DNA of 51,303 bases, taken from contig JAXLQJ010000019.1 of the NCBI GenBank assembly GCA_046331705.1, positions 62,001-113,303 of the forward strand. The letters run 5' to 3'. Below are positions 9,588-18,972 of the stretch, piece after piece. Origin of the DNA: a bacterium. Lineage in GTDB: Bacteria; JADJOY01. The notes beneath the pieces were generated by a model. That model was not told the DNA's origin and did not search any database. It saw nothing but the letters and a program-made list of their open reading frames with translations. The position numbers were made by a program, and so were the translations under genes. The first letter of the stretch is position 1; each line of letters begins with the position of its first letter.

Positions 9588-9626
9588 GAGAGGGGAATGG
9601 GATCACCCATTCCCCTCTCGTCTTTT
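9588..9626 (+). terminator. Rho-independent terminator or attenuator after the omcE-like gene
   Basis: gagaggggaatggg-atca-cccattcccctctc, 14-bp perfect stem followed by gtctttt. Confidence 0.75.
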
Positions 9627-9721
9627 GTCTCCGGTGGTTCTCGCGCGCTCGCGTCCTCGAGCTCGGAGGCTGCGCCGCGCGAGCTTTGACGCCGCCTCCG
9701 CCCGGTGGTAAGAGGCGCCAC

Positions 9722-10885
9722 ATGAACGTGCCGACGATGCGCCAATTTCATTCGTTGCGACGCGGGGTTGCGGCGGCGCTGCCGGTGCTCCTCGTGGCAC
9801 TGGTGACGTCGTGCGCGAAGCAGGTCGAGCCCCCTGCCGTGCCCGTCTTCTTCCCGCCGGCGCCAGAGCTGCCGCGCATCCAGTTCCTGGTGTCGCTGAA
9901 CGGGCGCAAGGACGTCGAGGAGCAATCGGCTTTCGATCGCTTCGTGCTCGGCGAGAAGCCCGATCTCAAGGTGGACAAGCCCTACGGGGTCGCCATCCAC
10001 GACGGGAAGATCTACGTCTGTGACACCAACTCCACCGTGTTCGTCTTCGATCTCGACGGCCGGAGCTTCGGGCCGCTCGAGGGGGCGATCGGGCCTGGGC
10101 GGCTTCGGCAGCCGACCAACATCAGCATCGATTCGGACGGCACCAAGTACGTCGCGGATCCGGTGCGCGGCCAGGTCGTGGTGTTCGACGCGGACGACCA
10201 GTACGTCGACGCGTTCGGCACACCCGGCTCCTGGCGTCCGGTGGACGTCGTCCAGCTCGAAGGCCGGCTCTACGTCGCGGACGGCACCAAGCGTCTGGTG
10301 GTCGTGCTCGATGCGAAGACCGGGCAGGTCCTCAAGACCATCGGCGACAAGGGGGATCCGAGCGAGCGTCTCGATCGACCGACGAACCTCGCGTTCGACG
10401 CCGATGGCTATCTCTACGTCACGGATTTCGGGCGCTTTCAGGTGCTGAAGTACGATCGCGACGGGCACTACAAGGCGGCCTTCGGCGGCATCGGAGCGGA
10501 CTTCGGTCACTTCGCGCGGCCGAAGGGGATCGCCCTGGATCGCGCGGGGCGCCTCTATGCCGTCGACGCCTCGTTCAACAACGTCCAGATCTTCAACCCC
10601 GAGGGTCGGCTGCTGCTCTTCTTCGGCGAGAGCGGCGAGGGGCCCGGCGGCTTGCTGCTGCCCGCGAAGGTCGCGATCGACTACGACAACCTGAGCTATT
10701 TCGAGGGTTACCTGGCGCCGGATTTCCGTGCCGAATACCTGATCCTGGCCACCAGTCAGTTTGGCGAACGTCGGGTGAACGTCTTCGCGTACGGGCACGC
10801 GACGGGGAAGAGCTACCCCAGCGACGCCGATGCGTTGAAGCAGATCGAAGAACGGAAGAAGAAGGAGTCGGCTCCACCGAAGTGA
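9722..10885 (+). CDS. NHL-repeat (6-bladed beta-propeller) lipoprotein
   Basis: Lipobox LVTSC; repeated P.[GN][IVL]A.D..G.LYV.D blades. Start could also be 9737. Confidence 0.9.
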   Translation: MNVPTMRQFHSLRRGVAAALPVLLVALVTSCAKQVEPPAVPVFFPPAPELPRIQFLVSLNGRKDVEEQSAFDRFVLGEKPDLKVDKPYGVAIHDGKIYVCDTNSTVFVFDLDGRSFGPLEGAIGPGRLRQPTNISIDSDGTKYVADPVRGQVVVFDADDQYVDAFGTPGSWRPVDVVQLEGRLYVADGTKRLVVVLDAKTGQVLKTIGDKGDPSERLDRPTNLAFDADGYLYVTDFGRFQVLKYDRDGHYKAAFGGIGADFGHFARPKGIALDRAGRLYAVDASFNNVQIFNPEGRLLLFFGESGEGPGGLLLPAKVAIDYDNLSYFEGYLAPDFRAEYLILATSQFGERRVNVFAYGHATGKSYPSDADALKQIEERKKKESAPPK

Positions 10886-10922
10886 TCGGTGAGCGCTGCG
10901 CACGATCGTCGGTCCGACGCGG

Positions 10923-11459
10923 ATGAAGGCCAGGGCGAGCGCAGCATGGATCCTGTTCGCGATCCTACTGCCGGCGGGGTGTAGCCCGGCCGAGCGTTAC
11001 GACGTCCTCTCGACGTTCTTCGACGGCGTGCCGCTGCCTCCCCCCGAGGAGGGACCGAGCGCTCCGCTGCAAGACTCGGCGCTGATCACCAATCAGCGAG
11101 AGCGGGCCATCCGCGGGACCCACGGCCCGTACGGCGCTCGGATGTGCAACGCCTGTCACGAGTCGATCGCCAACAACAAGCTGGTCGCGCCGCGCGAGAA
11201 GCTCTGCGTCCGCTGCCACGATCTCGAGCTCGATGCGCGTTACGTCCACGGGCCGCTCGCGTCGGGCGGCTGCACCGTGTGCCACGACCCGCACAGCTCG
11301 CGCTACCGGTTCTTGCTGGTGGCGGAGCCCGAGACCTTCTGTCTGCACTGCCACGATCGCGAAGCGGTGGCGCGAGTCGAGGCGCACCACGAAACCGATG
11401 CGCATTGCACCACCTGTCACGATGCGCACAAGTCGAACAAGAAGTTCTTGCTGAAATGA
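10923..11459 (+). CDS. Pentaheme cytochrome c lipoprotein (paired-CXXCH type)
   Basis: Lipobox LPAGC; CNACH, CVRCH, CTVCHDPH, CLHCH, CTTCH. Confidence 0.9.
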   Translation: MKARASAAWILFAILLPAGCSPAERYDVLSTFFDGVPLPPPEEGPSAPLQDSALITNQRERAIRGTHGPYGARMCNACHESIANNKLVAPREKLCVRCHDLELDARYVHGPLASGGCTVCHDPHSSRYRFLLVAEPETFCLHCHDREAVARVEAHHETDAHCTTCHDAHKSNKKFLLK

Positions 11460-13513
11460 GCCCGGTCCACGCCGCGCGCTCGTGGGCGTTCACCACGATT
11501 TGGCTCGTCGCCGCACTATCGCCGGCGGCCGCACGCGCGGATTGGCGCCAATTCGTTCCGACGCCGCGGGACAACGAGGTCTTCCTCGAGACCTTCACGT
11601 CGTTCGAGCGCGATCATTCCACGGGCATTCCCACGCCGATCCTGTGGACCGACACGTTCCTGCGCGAGAAGCTCCGTCTCGACTCCGAAGGCTACTCGTA
11701 CGATCCCCGCTTCCTGCAGTACCGCTTTTCGCTAGGCGTGTTGCTTCGACAGGAGGACTACGAGAACAGCCAGTTCGACGATCTCGATTGGCGATACGGA
11801 GAAGGCGTCGAGTACAACGTGCGTGTGGCGCTCCTGCCCGAGCACCGCTACAACCTCGACCTCTTCGCCACACGCGTCGAGTCGCTCTATCAGCAGCAAT
11901 CGGCGGTTCAGCACGACGACGTCGGTACCAGCTACGGCGGATCCGTGCAGTACCGGGACAAGCCGTATTTCGTCCACGCGGGATTCGTGGACAACACGGT
12001 GGAATCCAGCGGCGCCACGTCGGAGGTCCGCAAGGTGGACACCGACGCGCAGTACTTCAAGCGATTCACCGACGGCAACGAGCTCTCGTTCAGCGGCGCA
12101 TACAACCCGGCGTGGTTCGACGGCACCGGCGGGCTCGATGGACGGTCGGACGAGTATCTGCTCGGCAACTTCATCAACCTGAGCGATGCGCGACTCTCGT
12201 CCGATCTGACCTGGCACACGAGCGAGCAGTCGAGCGACGGCTCCGATCACTTCTCGTACGACCAGTTCCTGTGGGACGAACGCCTCGTCGGCTATCTGCC
12301 GTGGAACTTCCGAACCGAGGCGCGCTTTCGATACCAGGACGACGAGAGTCGCTCGACCTCGCCCGACGAGACCGTGACGCAGGACTATTCGAGTCACGGC
12401 TACGACGTTCGATTCGACCTCATCCATCGACTCTTCCAGAGCCTCGACTCGCGCTACACGCTCATCGACGACCTGCGCGCCTCGCCGGGAGGCCGCTCGA
12501 CGAACCTCTCCAACGGGCTCACCGTCAACTACACGAAGGCGATCCCGTCCGGACGGCTCTTGTTGGGCGGCAACGCGGCGCGCTCCGAGGTGGACAGTCA
12601 GGGCCGCGGCACGGACATCGTCAACGAGCCCCATCGTGGGGTCTCGGTGCCCGTCGACGTCTTCACGCTCGATCAGCAGAACGTCGACGAGCCCTCGATC
12701 CAGGTGTTCTTCCGCTCGCCGCTCGCGCCATTCGAGATCGTCGAGCTCACGCGCAGCGAGCAGTACGCCGTTCGCGCGGTTCCGAACCTCAACACGTTCG
12801 AGATCCAGGTGTTCGCGTTGCCGCCTCGCTTCGCCGTGCCGGGCTCGTACGATTTCTTCGTCTCGTATTCGTTGCTCGTGGGAGATTTCGCGCTGCGCAT
12901 CGACACGCTCGGGAGCACGGCCACACTCGAGCTCTTCGACAATCTGGTCGCGCCCTACGCCGCCTACACGACCCAGCGGTCCGACGTTCTATCGGGGTCG
13001 TTTCCCGGCTACGCGGTCGATTCCTCGATCTACACCGCGGGCGTGCGCGTCACCGTGGGCCCGGTACGCTTGCGTGGTGAGTATCAAGACCTGGAATGGG
13101 ACGTGAACCCGTACGACGCTTGGCGCGCCGAGATCCAATACGTGGACTCGTTCCAGCGTGGGATCAGCCTCTTCGGCTCGGCTTCCTACGTGCGTAAACA
13201 TTATCGGGAGGGCTCGCTCGTCTACGAGCTCAGCGCCTATTCCGAGGACACCGTGTCGGTCACCGGCAACATCCAGAAACGTTTCACGGATCCCGCGATG
13301 GCGATCTCCACGGGCGCCTCGTTCCAGCAGGTGGAAGGGCTGATCGACACCCGCGCGTTCGCCCTCAACGCCGCCTGGAACTGGACGATCGGAAAACTGG
13401 ATTTCGCGCTCGGCGCGAGCGCGTATGGATCGGAGTCGATGACGGGACAGCCGATTCCGCTGCGTCGCGATCACGAGCTCGTCTATCTCCGAGTCACCCG
13501 TCAGCTCTACTGA
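11456..13513 (+). CDS. Large outer-membrane beta-barrel protein (putative cytochrome conduit or secretion porin), 685 aa
   Basis: ATGA overlap with the upstream cytochrome; signal peptide AARA-D; alternating Tyr/Phe/Ser/Thr/Asp beta-strand pattern; C-terminal beta-signal-like YLRVTRQLY. Confidence 0.8.
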   Translation: MSPVHAARSWAFTTIWLVAALSPAAARADWRQFVPTPRDNEVFLETFTSFERDHSTGIPTPILWTDTFLREKLRLDSEGYSYDPRFLQYRFSLGVLLRQEDYENSQFDDLDWRYGEGVEYNVRVALLPEHRYNLDLFATRVESLYQQQSAVQHDDVGTSYGGSVQYRDKPYFVHAGFVDNTVESSGATSEVRKVDTDAQYFKRFTDGNELSFSGAYNPAWFDGTGGLDGRSDEYLLGNFINLSDARLSSDLTWHTSEQSSDGSDHFSYDQFLWDERLVGYLPWNFRTEARFRYQDDESRSTSPDETVTQDYSSHGYDVRFDLIHRLFQSLDSRYTLIDDLRASPGGRSTNLSNGLTVNYTKAIPSGRLLLGGNAARSEVDSQGRGTDIVNEPHRGVSVPVDVFTLDQQNVDEPSIQVFFRSPLAPFEIVELTRSEQYAVRAVPNLNTFEIQVFALPPRFAVPGSYDFFVSYSLLVGDFALRIDTLGSTATLELFDNLVAPYAAYTTQRSDVLSGSFPGYAVDSSIYTAGVRVTVGPVRLRGEYQDLEWDVNPYDAWRAEIQYVDSFQRGISLFGSASYVRKHYREGSLVYELSAYSEDTVSVTGNIQKRFTDPAMAISTGASFQQVEGLIDTRAFALNAAWNWTIGKLDFALGASAYGSESMTGQPIPLRRDHELVYLRVTRQLY

Positions 13514-13525
13514 CCCGGCCACGCC

Positions 13526-14614
13526 ATGACCAACGATTCCGAACCGCGAGATCGCGTGCTCGTTCGCGCGTCGGGAGGTTGGTGCGGTTTTCTGCTGGTG
13601 GCGGGGCTCGCCATCTCGGGTTGCGCTGCGCAGTGGACGCCGCGAACGGCGACGCCCACCGTCGCGCTGCAATGGCCGTACGCACCCGCGCCCCCCAAGG
13701 TGACGTACTTGCACTCGCTCTCCGGGCTCGACCGCGCAGCCGACGTCGGCAGCGTGCTGCGCGCCGTGGCGTTCGGCAGCGAGAGCGAGGATCGCGACGC
13801 CTTCGTGCTGCCGGTCGCGGTCGCGGTGGGCTCGGACGGCCGACTCGCGGTCGCGGACCTGGGGCGGCGCTGCGTTCACCTCTACGTTCCGCTCGAGGGG
13901 CGCTACGTCCGGCTGAACGGCGCGGACGACGACCCGCTGCTCTCGCCGGTGGCGGTTGCGTTCGACGACGCGCAAGGGCTTTTCGTCTCCGATTCGGTCG
14001 GTAAGGTGCTCGCGTTCGGCGCGGACGGGACGTTTCGCTTCGCGCTGCGCAAGGCCGGCGAGCGGGCGCTCGCGCGGCCGACGGGCCTCGCCTACGACCG
14101 TGAGCGGAAGGCGCTCTACGTCGTGGACACGCTCGCCAGCGAGATCGACGTCTTCGAGCAGGACGGGCGCTTCGCGTTCTCGTTCGGATCGCGGGGTGAC
14201 GGCGCTGGCCAGCTCAACTTCCCGACTCATGCCTTCTGCTCGCCGCGCGGCGAGCTCTACGTCACGGACGCGATGAACTTTCGCGTGCAGATCTTCGACC
14301 GGGACGGCAAATGGCTCGGTGGTTTCGGCCGCCACGGCGACGGCTCGGGCGATCTGGCCATGCCGAAAGGCGTGGTCGTGGATCGGGATGGCGTCGTCTA
14401 CGTCGTGGACGGCATCTTCGACAACCTCCAGCTCTTCGATCGCACCGGCCGCTTCCTGCTCACCGTGGGGGCGCGCGGGACCGGTTTCGGCGAGCTCTGG
14501 CTGCCCTCGGGGGCGTTCATCGACGACGAGGACCGGCTCTATGTTTGCGACACGTACAACCGGCGGATCCAGGTGTTCCGGATCACGCGAGACTATGCCG
14601 ATGCGCGTTCGTGA
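13526..14614 (+). CDS. Second NHL-repeat beta-propeller lipoprotein
   Basis: Lipobox ISGC; blades such as NFPT..GELYVTDAMNFRVQIFD and MPKGVVVDRDGVVYVVD. Confidence 0.9.
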   Translation: MTNDSEPRDRVLVRASGGWCGFLLVAGLAISGCAAQWTPRTATPTVALQWPYAPAPPKVTYLHSLSGLDRAADVGSVLRAVAFGSESEDRDAFVLPVAVAVGSDGRLAVADLGRRCVHLYVPLEGRYVRLNGADDDPLLSPVAVAFDDAQGLFVSDSVGKVLAFGADGTFRFALRKAGERALARPTGLAYDRERKALYVVDTLASEIDVFEQDGRFAFSFGSRGDGAGQLNFPTHAFCSPRGELYVTDAMNFRVQIFDRDGKWLGGFGRHGDGSGDLAMPKGVVVDRDGVVYVVDGIFDNLQLFDRTGRFLLTVGARGTGFGELWLPSGAFIDDEDRLYVCDTYNRRIQVFRITRDYADARS

Positions 14615-16469
14615 GCGGCGCTTCGTTCCCCGGCGGCCCACTTGGCTGGCGATCGCCGTGCTGGGCTGGCTCGTGACGAGGGCGGCCAACGCCGGCGCGG
14701 CGACCGACATCGTGAACACGCCGCACAACCTTTCCGTCTCCGGTACCGGCACGGTTCGTGCCCTCACGGAAGACCGAATCTGCGTCTTCTGCCACACCCC
14801 TCACAACGCGGCGCCGCTCTCTCCGTTGTGGAACAAGGAGCTCGGCCCGCGCTTCTACACCGTCTACACGAGCCCGACGATGCACGCTGGCCCGCTGGCG
14901 CAGCCGTCCGGGCCGACCAAGCTCTGCTTGAGCTGTCACGACGGCACCATCGCGATGGGGGCGGTGCTGAACCCGGCCGGCGGCATCGCGATGACCGGGG
15001 GCGGCTTCTTTCCATCGGGCAGCCTGTCGAGCTTCGGGCTCGACCTCTCGGGCCATCACCCGGTGTCGTTCCCGTACTCGGACGCGCTTCCCAATCCCGA
15101 GCTGGCGCCGACGCCACCCGTCGATCTGGTGTTCGGCGGGACCGACGAGGTGCACTGCACCACGTGCCACGACCCGCACGACGACACCTACGGCGCGTTT
15201 CTCGCGAAGGACAATCGTTTCTCGGCGCTGTGCGTGCGCTGTCACGAGTTGCCCGGGTGGAGCACCTCCGCGCACGCCACGTCCACCGCCTCGGTGGTCG
15301 GCATCCTGCCGCGGCCTCCCAAGACGGCCCCGACCTACACCCAGCTCGACGAGTGGGGCTGCGAGTCGTGCCACACGCCGCACTTCGCGCCGACCGCGGA
15401 GCAGTTGCTCCAGTTCACGGCGCTGCCCCCGGAGCCGTTCTCCTGCACCAGCGCCGGTTGTCACAACAGCCAACCTCCGCCGGCGCACGGGCCTTCCACG
15501 GCGAAGCCGATGGCCGACATCGCGGGCCAGGTTCGCAAGCCCTCGGCGCACCACGAGGCCGTCGGCGGAGCGACGGCGAGCGGACGAGGGCGCAATCGAG
15601 GGGGACGCGCGACGAGCGAAGGCGTCGCGTGCAGCGAATGCCACAATCCGCACCTCGCCAGCGCGGGCTCGGCCGAGGCGCCTTACGTGTCGAGTCTGGT
15701 GCGCGGCGTGAGCGGCGTCGATCGCAACGGCGCGACGGTCGAGTCCGCCCGCTTCGAGTACGAGATCTGTTTCAAGTGCCATGCGGATTCGAGCGCGGAC
15801 CGCGCCTTCGTGCCGCGGGTCGTGCCGTCGACGAACCTGCGGCGCGCGTTCGATCTCTCGAATGCCTCGTACCATCCGGTCGCCGGCATCGGAAAGAGCA
15901 AGGACGTGCCGAGCGTGCCGTCGTCCTTCGAGCGCGAGCTGAGCTCCGCGAGCGTCATCTACTGCACCTCGTGTCACGCCGACGACGACGGCGTCTCGAA
16001 CGGCCCCCACGGCTCGACCTTCGCGCCGATCCTCAAGCTTCGCTACGAGACCGCCGACCACACGCCCGAGAGCTTCGAAAGCTACGCGCTCTGCTATCAG
16101 TGTCACGACCGCGAAAGCATCCTGAGCGACGTGAGCTTCCGGAAGAGCGCCGGCGCCGCGTCGGCGCCCGCGCGGCCGATGCTGGGACGCCGGCCGAGTC
16201 GCGTACCGGGAAACGGCGGCGGCCACAGCGGCCATCTCGCTGCCGGAGTGTCGTGCGCGACGTGCCACGATCCTCACGGCGTGCCGGACTCGGGTGTGGT
16301 CGGACCGGCGGGAACCGGCTCGCACACGCACCTCATCAACTTCGACAGCCGCGTGGTGCTGCCGCTCGCTGGCGGCACGAGCCCGATCTTCCAGGACACC
16401 GGAGGCGGATCGGGAACGTGCAGCCTGGTTTGTCATGGAGTGACGCACGAGAACGTTTCGTACCCGTGA
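14601..16469 (+). CDS. Dodecaheme cytochrome c with N-terminal OmcE-like tetraheme domain
   Basis: Signal peptide, then HNLS, ICVFCHTPHN, PLWN, CLSCHDG, HHPVSF, CTTCHDPH, SALCVRCH. Six more CxxCH plus CTSAGCH and CSLVCH. Start 14595 or 14601. Confidence 0.9.
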   Translation: MRVRERRFVPRRPTWLAIAVLGWLVTRAANAGAATDIVNTPHNLSVSGTGTVRALTEDRICVFCHTPHNAAPLSPLWNKELGPRFYTVYTSPTMHAGPLAQPSGPTKLCLSCHDGTIAMGAVLNPAGGIAMTGGGFFPSGSLSSFGLDLSGHHPVSFPYSDALPNPELAPTPPVDLVFGGTDEVHCTTCHDPHDDTYGAFLAKDNRFSALCVRCHELPGWSTSAHATSTASVVGILPRPPKTAPTYTQLDEWGCESCHTPHFAPTAEQLLQFTALPPEPFSCTSAGCHNSQPPPAHGPSTAKPMADIAGQVRKPSAHHEAVGGATASGRGRNRGGRATSEGVACSECHNPHLASAGSAEAPYVSSLVRGVSGVDRNGATVESARFEYEICFKCHADSSADRAFVPRVVPSTNLRRAFDLSNASYHPVAGIGKSKDVPSVPSSFERELSSASVIYCTSCHADDDGVSNGPHGSTFAPILKLRYETADHTPESFESYALCYQCHDRESILSDVSFRKSAGAASAPARPMLGRRPSRVPGNGGGHSGHLAAGVSCATCHDPHGVPDSGVVGPAGTGSHTHLINFDSRVVLPLAGGTSPIFQDTGGGSGTCSLVCHGVTHENVSYP

Positions 16470-16509
16470 GCAGGCGACGATGCGAACCCAGCCGGGACGG
16501 AGGAATCGA

Positions 16510-17829
16510 ATGAGCACGAAGACGCTGACCAAGGGCCTTTGTTTCGTCTCCGTTTGGTTCTCCGCGATCGTGCTCTGGCCCTCTTCGGCAAGCGCCGAGG
16601 ATGGGTGCGTCACGGAGAAATGCCATCCATCCATCCTCAAGGTCAGCAACGAGCACGCGGTCGGAGATACCTGCGACAGCTGCCACGAAGCGGTGGAGAC
16701 GGAGCATCCGCAAAAGGGCAAGAAGACCTTCAAGCTGAGCGAGGAGGAGCCCGAGCTCTGCTACGGGTGTCACGACAAGATGGGCGAGAAGAAATCGGTC
16801 CATTCGCCCGTCGAGCAAGGGATGTGCACCAGCTGTCACAATCCGCACGGATCGAACAACGAGAAGATGCTGACCGATCCGCCCAAGGAGCTCTGCAAGG
16901 GCTGTCACGAGGATCAAACCACGTTCGAGTTCATGCACGGACCGGCGTCCACCGGCGACTGCATGGAGTGCCACGCCCCGCACGAGTCGGACAACGAGCA
17001 TCTCCTGCTCAAGACGGATCGCGAGCTCTGTGTGGGCTGCCACGAAGAGATGGCCGCGATCGATCAGAAGCAGTTCGTTCACTCCGCGCTCGATTCCGGC
17101 TGCACGGCGTGTCACAACCCCCACGGGTCCAAGTTCAAGAAGCTGCTCTCGGCCGACGGCCAAGCGGTGTGCTTCGATTGCCACGACAGCATCGCCGACA
17201 CCGTCAAGGAGGCCGTCGTCCCGCACAAACCGGTGGGAAGCCAGAAGGCTTGCGCGTCCTGCCATTCACCGCATGCCTCCGACAACGAGAGTCTGTTGCT
17301 CGAGCCGCAGAAGGCCTTGTGCCTGAGCTGCCACGACAAGGTCCTCACCAAGGACATGAAGGTGCTGCACGGACCGATCGAGAAGGGCGAATGCGTCGGC
17401 TGCCACAATCCGCACGGATCGCCGAACCGGAAGATCCTCGAGAAGGAGTTCTCCCCCGAGCCGTATCTGCCCTACACCGGCACCGAGTACGCGCTCTGCT
17501 TCTCGTGTCACAAGCGAGACCTGGTGCAGTACGCCGATACCTCGTTCGCCACGAAATTCCGCGACGGTGAGCGCAACCTCCATTACCTGCACGTGAACAA
17601 GGCGGAAAAGGGCCGATCCTGCCGCTTCTGCCACGAGATCCACGGCGGCCCGAATCCGAAGCTGATCGCCGACACCGTGCCGTTCGGTCAGTGGCGATTG
17701 CCGCTCAACTACGTGAAGACCGAGACGGGCGGCGGGTGCACGCCGGGTTGCCACAAAGCGCAGGTCTACGATCGCGACGTGCCGGGACGGAAGCCGCCTG
17801 CGCCGAAGACCCCCGCCAAGGCGGGCTGA
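16510..17829 (+). CDS. Periplasmic 15-heme cytochrome c (tandem paired-CXXCH repeats)
   Basis: GGAGG RBS, signal peptide, 13 CxxCH plus CVTEKCH and CTPGCH; repeating LC..CH / H.P...G.C..CH.PH.S unit. Confidence 0.92.
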   Translation: MSTKTLTKGLCFVSVWFSAIVLWPSSASAEDGCVTEKCHPSILKVSNEHAVGDTCDSCHEAVETEHPQKGKKTFKLSEEEPELCYGCHDKMGEKKSVHSPVEQGMCTSCHNPHGSNNEKMLTDPPKELCKGCHEDQTTFEFMHGPASTGDCMECHAPHESDNEHLLLKTDRELCVGCHEEMAAIDQKQFVHSALDSGCTACHNPHGSKFKKLLSADGQAVCFDCHDSIADTVKEAVVPHKPVGSQKACASCHSPHASDNESLLLEPQKALCLSCHDKVLTKDMKVLHGPIEKGECVGCHNPHGSPNRKILEKEFSPEPYLPYTGTEYALCFSCHKRDLVQYADTSFATKFRDGERNLHYLHVNKAEKGRSCRFCHEIHGGPNPKLIADTVPFGQWRLPLNYVKTETGGGCTPGCHKAQVYDRDVPGRKPPAPKTPAKAG

Positions 17830-17960
17830 GACGCCGAGCGTTCGGCGAAGTGGTTCCTCGGCGCGCGCGCTGTCGTGACGCTTGGCGCCGCGCCTGTCGC
17901 TGATCGCCAGCGGAGGCCGTGGCGCCACCGTACCGGTCCCGCACCGGTCGCGCCACGCGT

Positions 17961-17987
17961 GACGAAAGCGAATCATTCGCGTTCGTC
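17961..17987. repeat. Intergenic inverted repeat (terminator hairpin or regulator site)
   Basis: gacgaa(a)gcgaa-tca-ttcgc(g)ttcgtc. Confidence 0.4.
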
Positions 17988-18093
17988 GAGGTTACCGAAC
18001 GCGCTCGCCGCGATTGCGTGACATATGTTCCGCTCACGCTCGCCCGGGCTGAGAAATCGCCGTCGCATGACGAATCGTCCCGCACTTCGCGCT

Positions 18094-18108
18094 TGGCGTG
18101 AAACTTGC
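18094..18108 (+). promoter_or_regulatory. Sigma54 (-24/-12) promoter
   Basis: TGGCGTGAAACTTGC, GG-N10-GC, about 80 nt before ATG 18187. Confidence 0.7.
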
Positions 18109-18186
18109 CGGCGTCCGTTGGAATCGGACGAGCCCGCTCATCCGATTCACGTCGAGGGTTTGGCCGAACGACGAGCGAGGTGAGGG

Positions 18187-18972
18187 ATGGCGCAGCGCGA
18201 CTCGGACCCGCCGGGCGAACCCGACGTCCATCGTGGGCCAGAGGCCTCGGAGCCGGAGTTCTCGATCGCGCAGTCGAACGCCCTCGCGCCACTGCTCATT
18301 CTCTTCGGGGTCACGGTCCTCGCGATCCTTCTGTCGATCGTCCGCGCCAAGCCCATCGCCCCACCCGAAGGCGCGCCGGCCGCAAAGGCCTTTTCACCCG
18401 TCGACTTCCCGGCGGTGTTCGCCAAGGACGAAGCCCTCGCCGGGCTGGATACCGGTCCGGGCGGCGAGGCCCGCAAGGAGTATCCGGTTCCGGCGCCGCC
18501 GTTCAGCGAGGACGTGTTCCCGTGCTCGGGCTGCCACGCCGACATGGACACCGATCCGACGCGGCGTGAGTTCAGCGACATCCACTCCGACATCCATTTC
18601 GAGCACGACGCCGAGCACCGCTGGTGCCTGGACTGCCACGACGCGACCGACCGCGACCAGCTCAAGCTGGCCAGCGGCGAGCGATTGCCGTTCACCGAGT
18701 CGTACCGACTCTGCGGCCAATGCCATGGCACCCAGTTCCGCGACTGGAAGGAAGGGATCCACGGCAAGCGGACCGGCTACTGGGATGGACCGAAGCGCTA
18801 CCTCTTGTGCGTGAACTGCCACAACCCGCACAGCCCGCATTTCAAGCCGCTGCAACCGCTGCCTCCCCCGGTCCGCCCCAATTTCCTGCGGCCCGAGGAT
18901 GCAGCGCTCGCGAACGCGGCACCCGGCGCCGGCGCGGCGCGAAGCGCGCCCGAGGAGGCGCCCCATGGCTGA
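18187..18972 (+). CDS. Membrane-anchored tetraheme cytochrome c (CbcS-like subunit of a menaquinol oxidoreductase)
   Basis: One N-terminal TM helix; CSGCH, CLDCH, CGQCH, CVNCHNPH; followed by FeS and NrfD-type genes. Confidence 0.85.
   Translation: MAQRDSDPPGEPDVHRGPEASEPEFSIAQSNALAPLLILFGVTVLAILLSIVRAKPIAPPEGAPAAKAFSPVDFPAVFAKDEALAGLDTGPGGEARKEYPVPAPPFSEDVFPCSGCHADMDTDPTRREFSDIHSDIHFEHDAEHRWCLDCHDATDRDQLKLASGERLPFTESYRLCGQCHGTQFRDWKEGIHGKRTGYWDGPKRYLLCVNCHNPHSPHFKPLQPLPPPVRPNFLRPEDAALANAAPGAGAARSAPEEAPHG

Noticed and set aside
16510..17829. DNA tandem repeat or CRISPR-like periodicity
   Set aside because: The periodicity comes from repeated heme-binding protein units; there are no identical nucleotide repeats with unique spacers.
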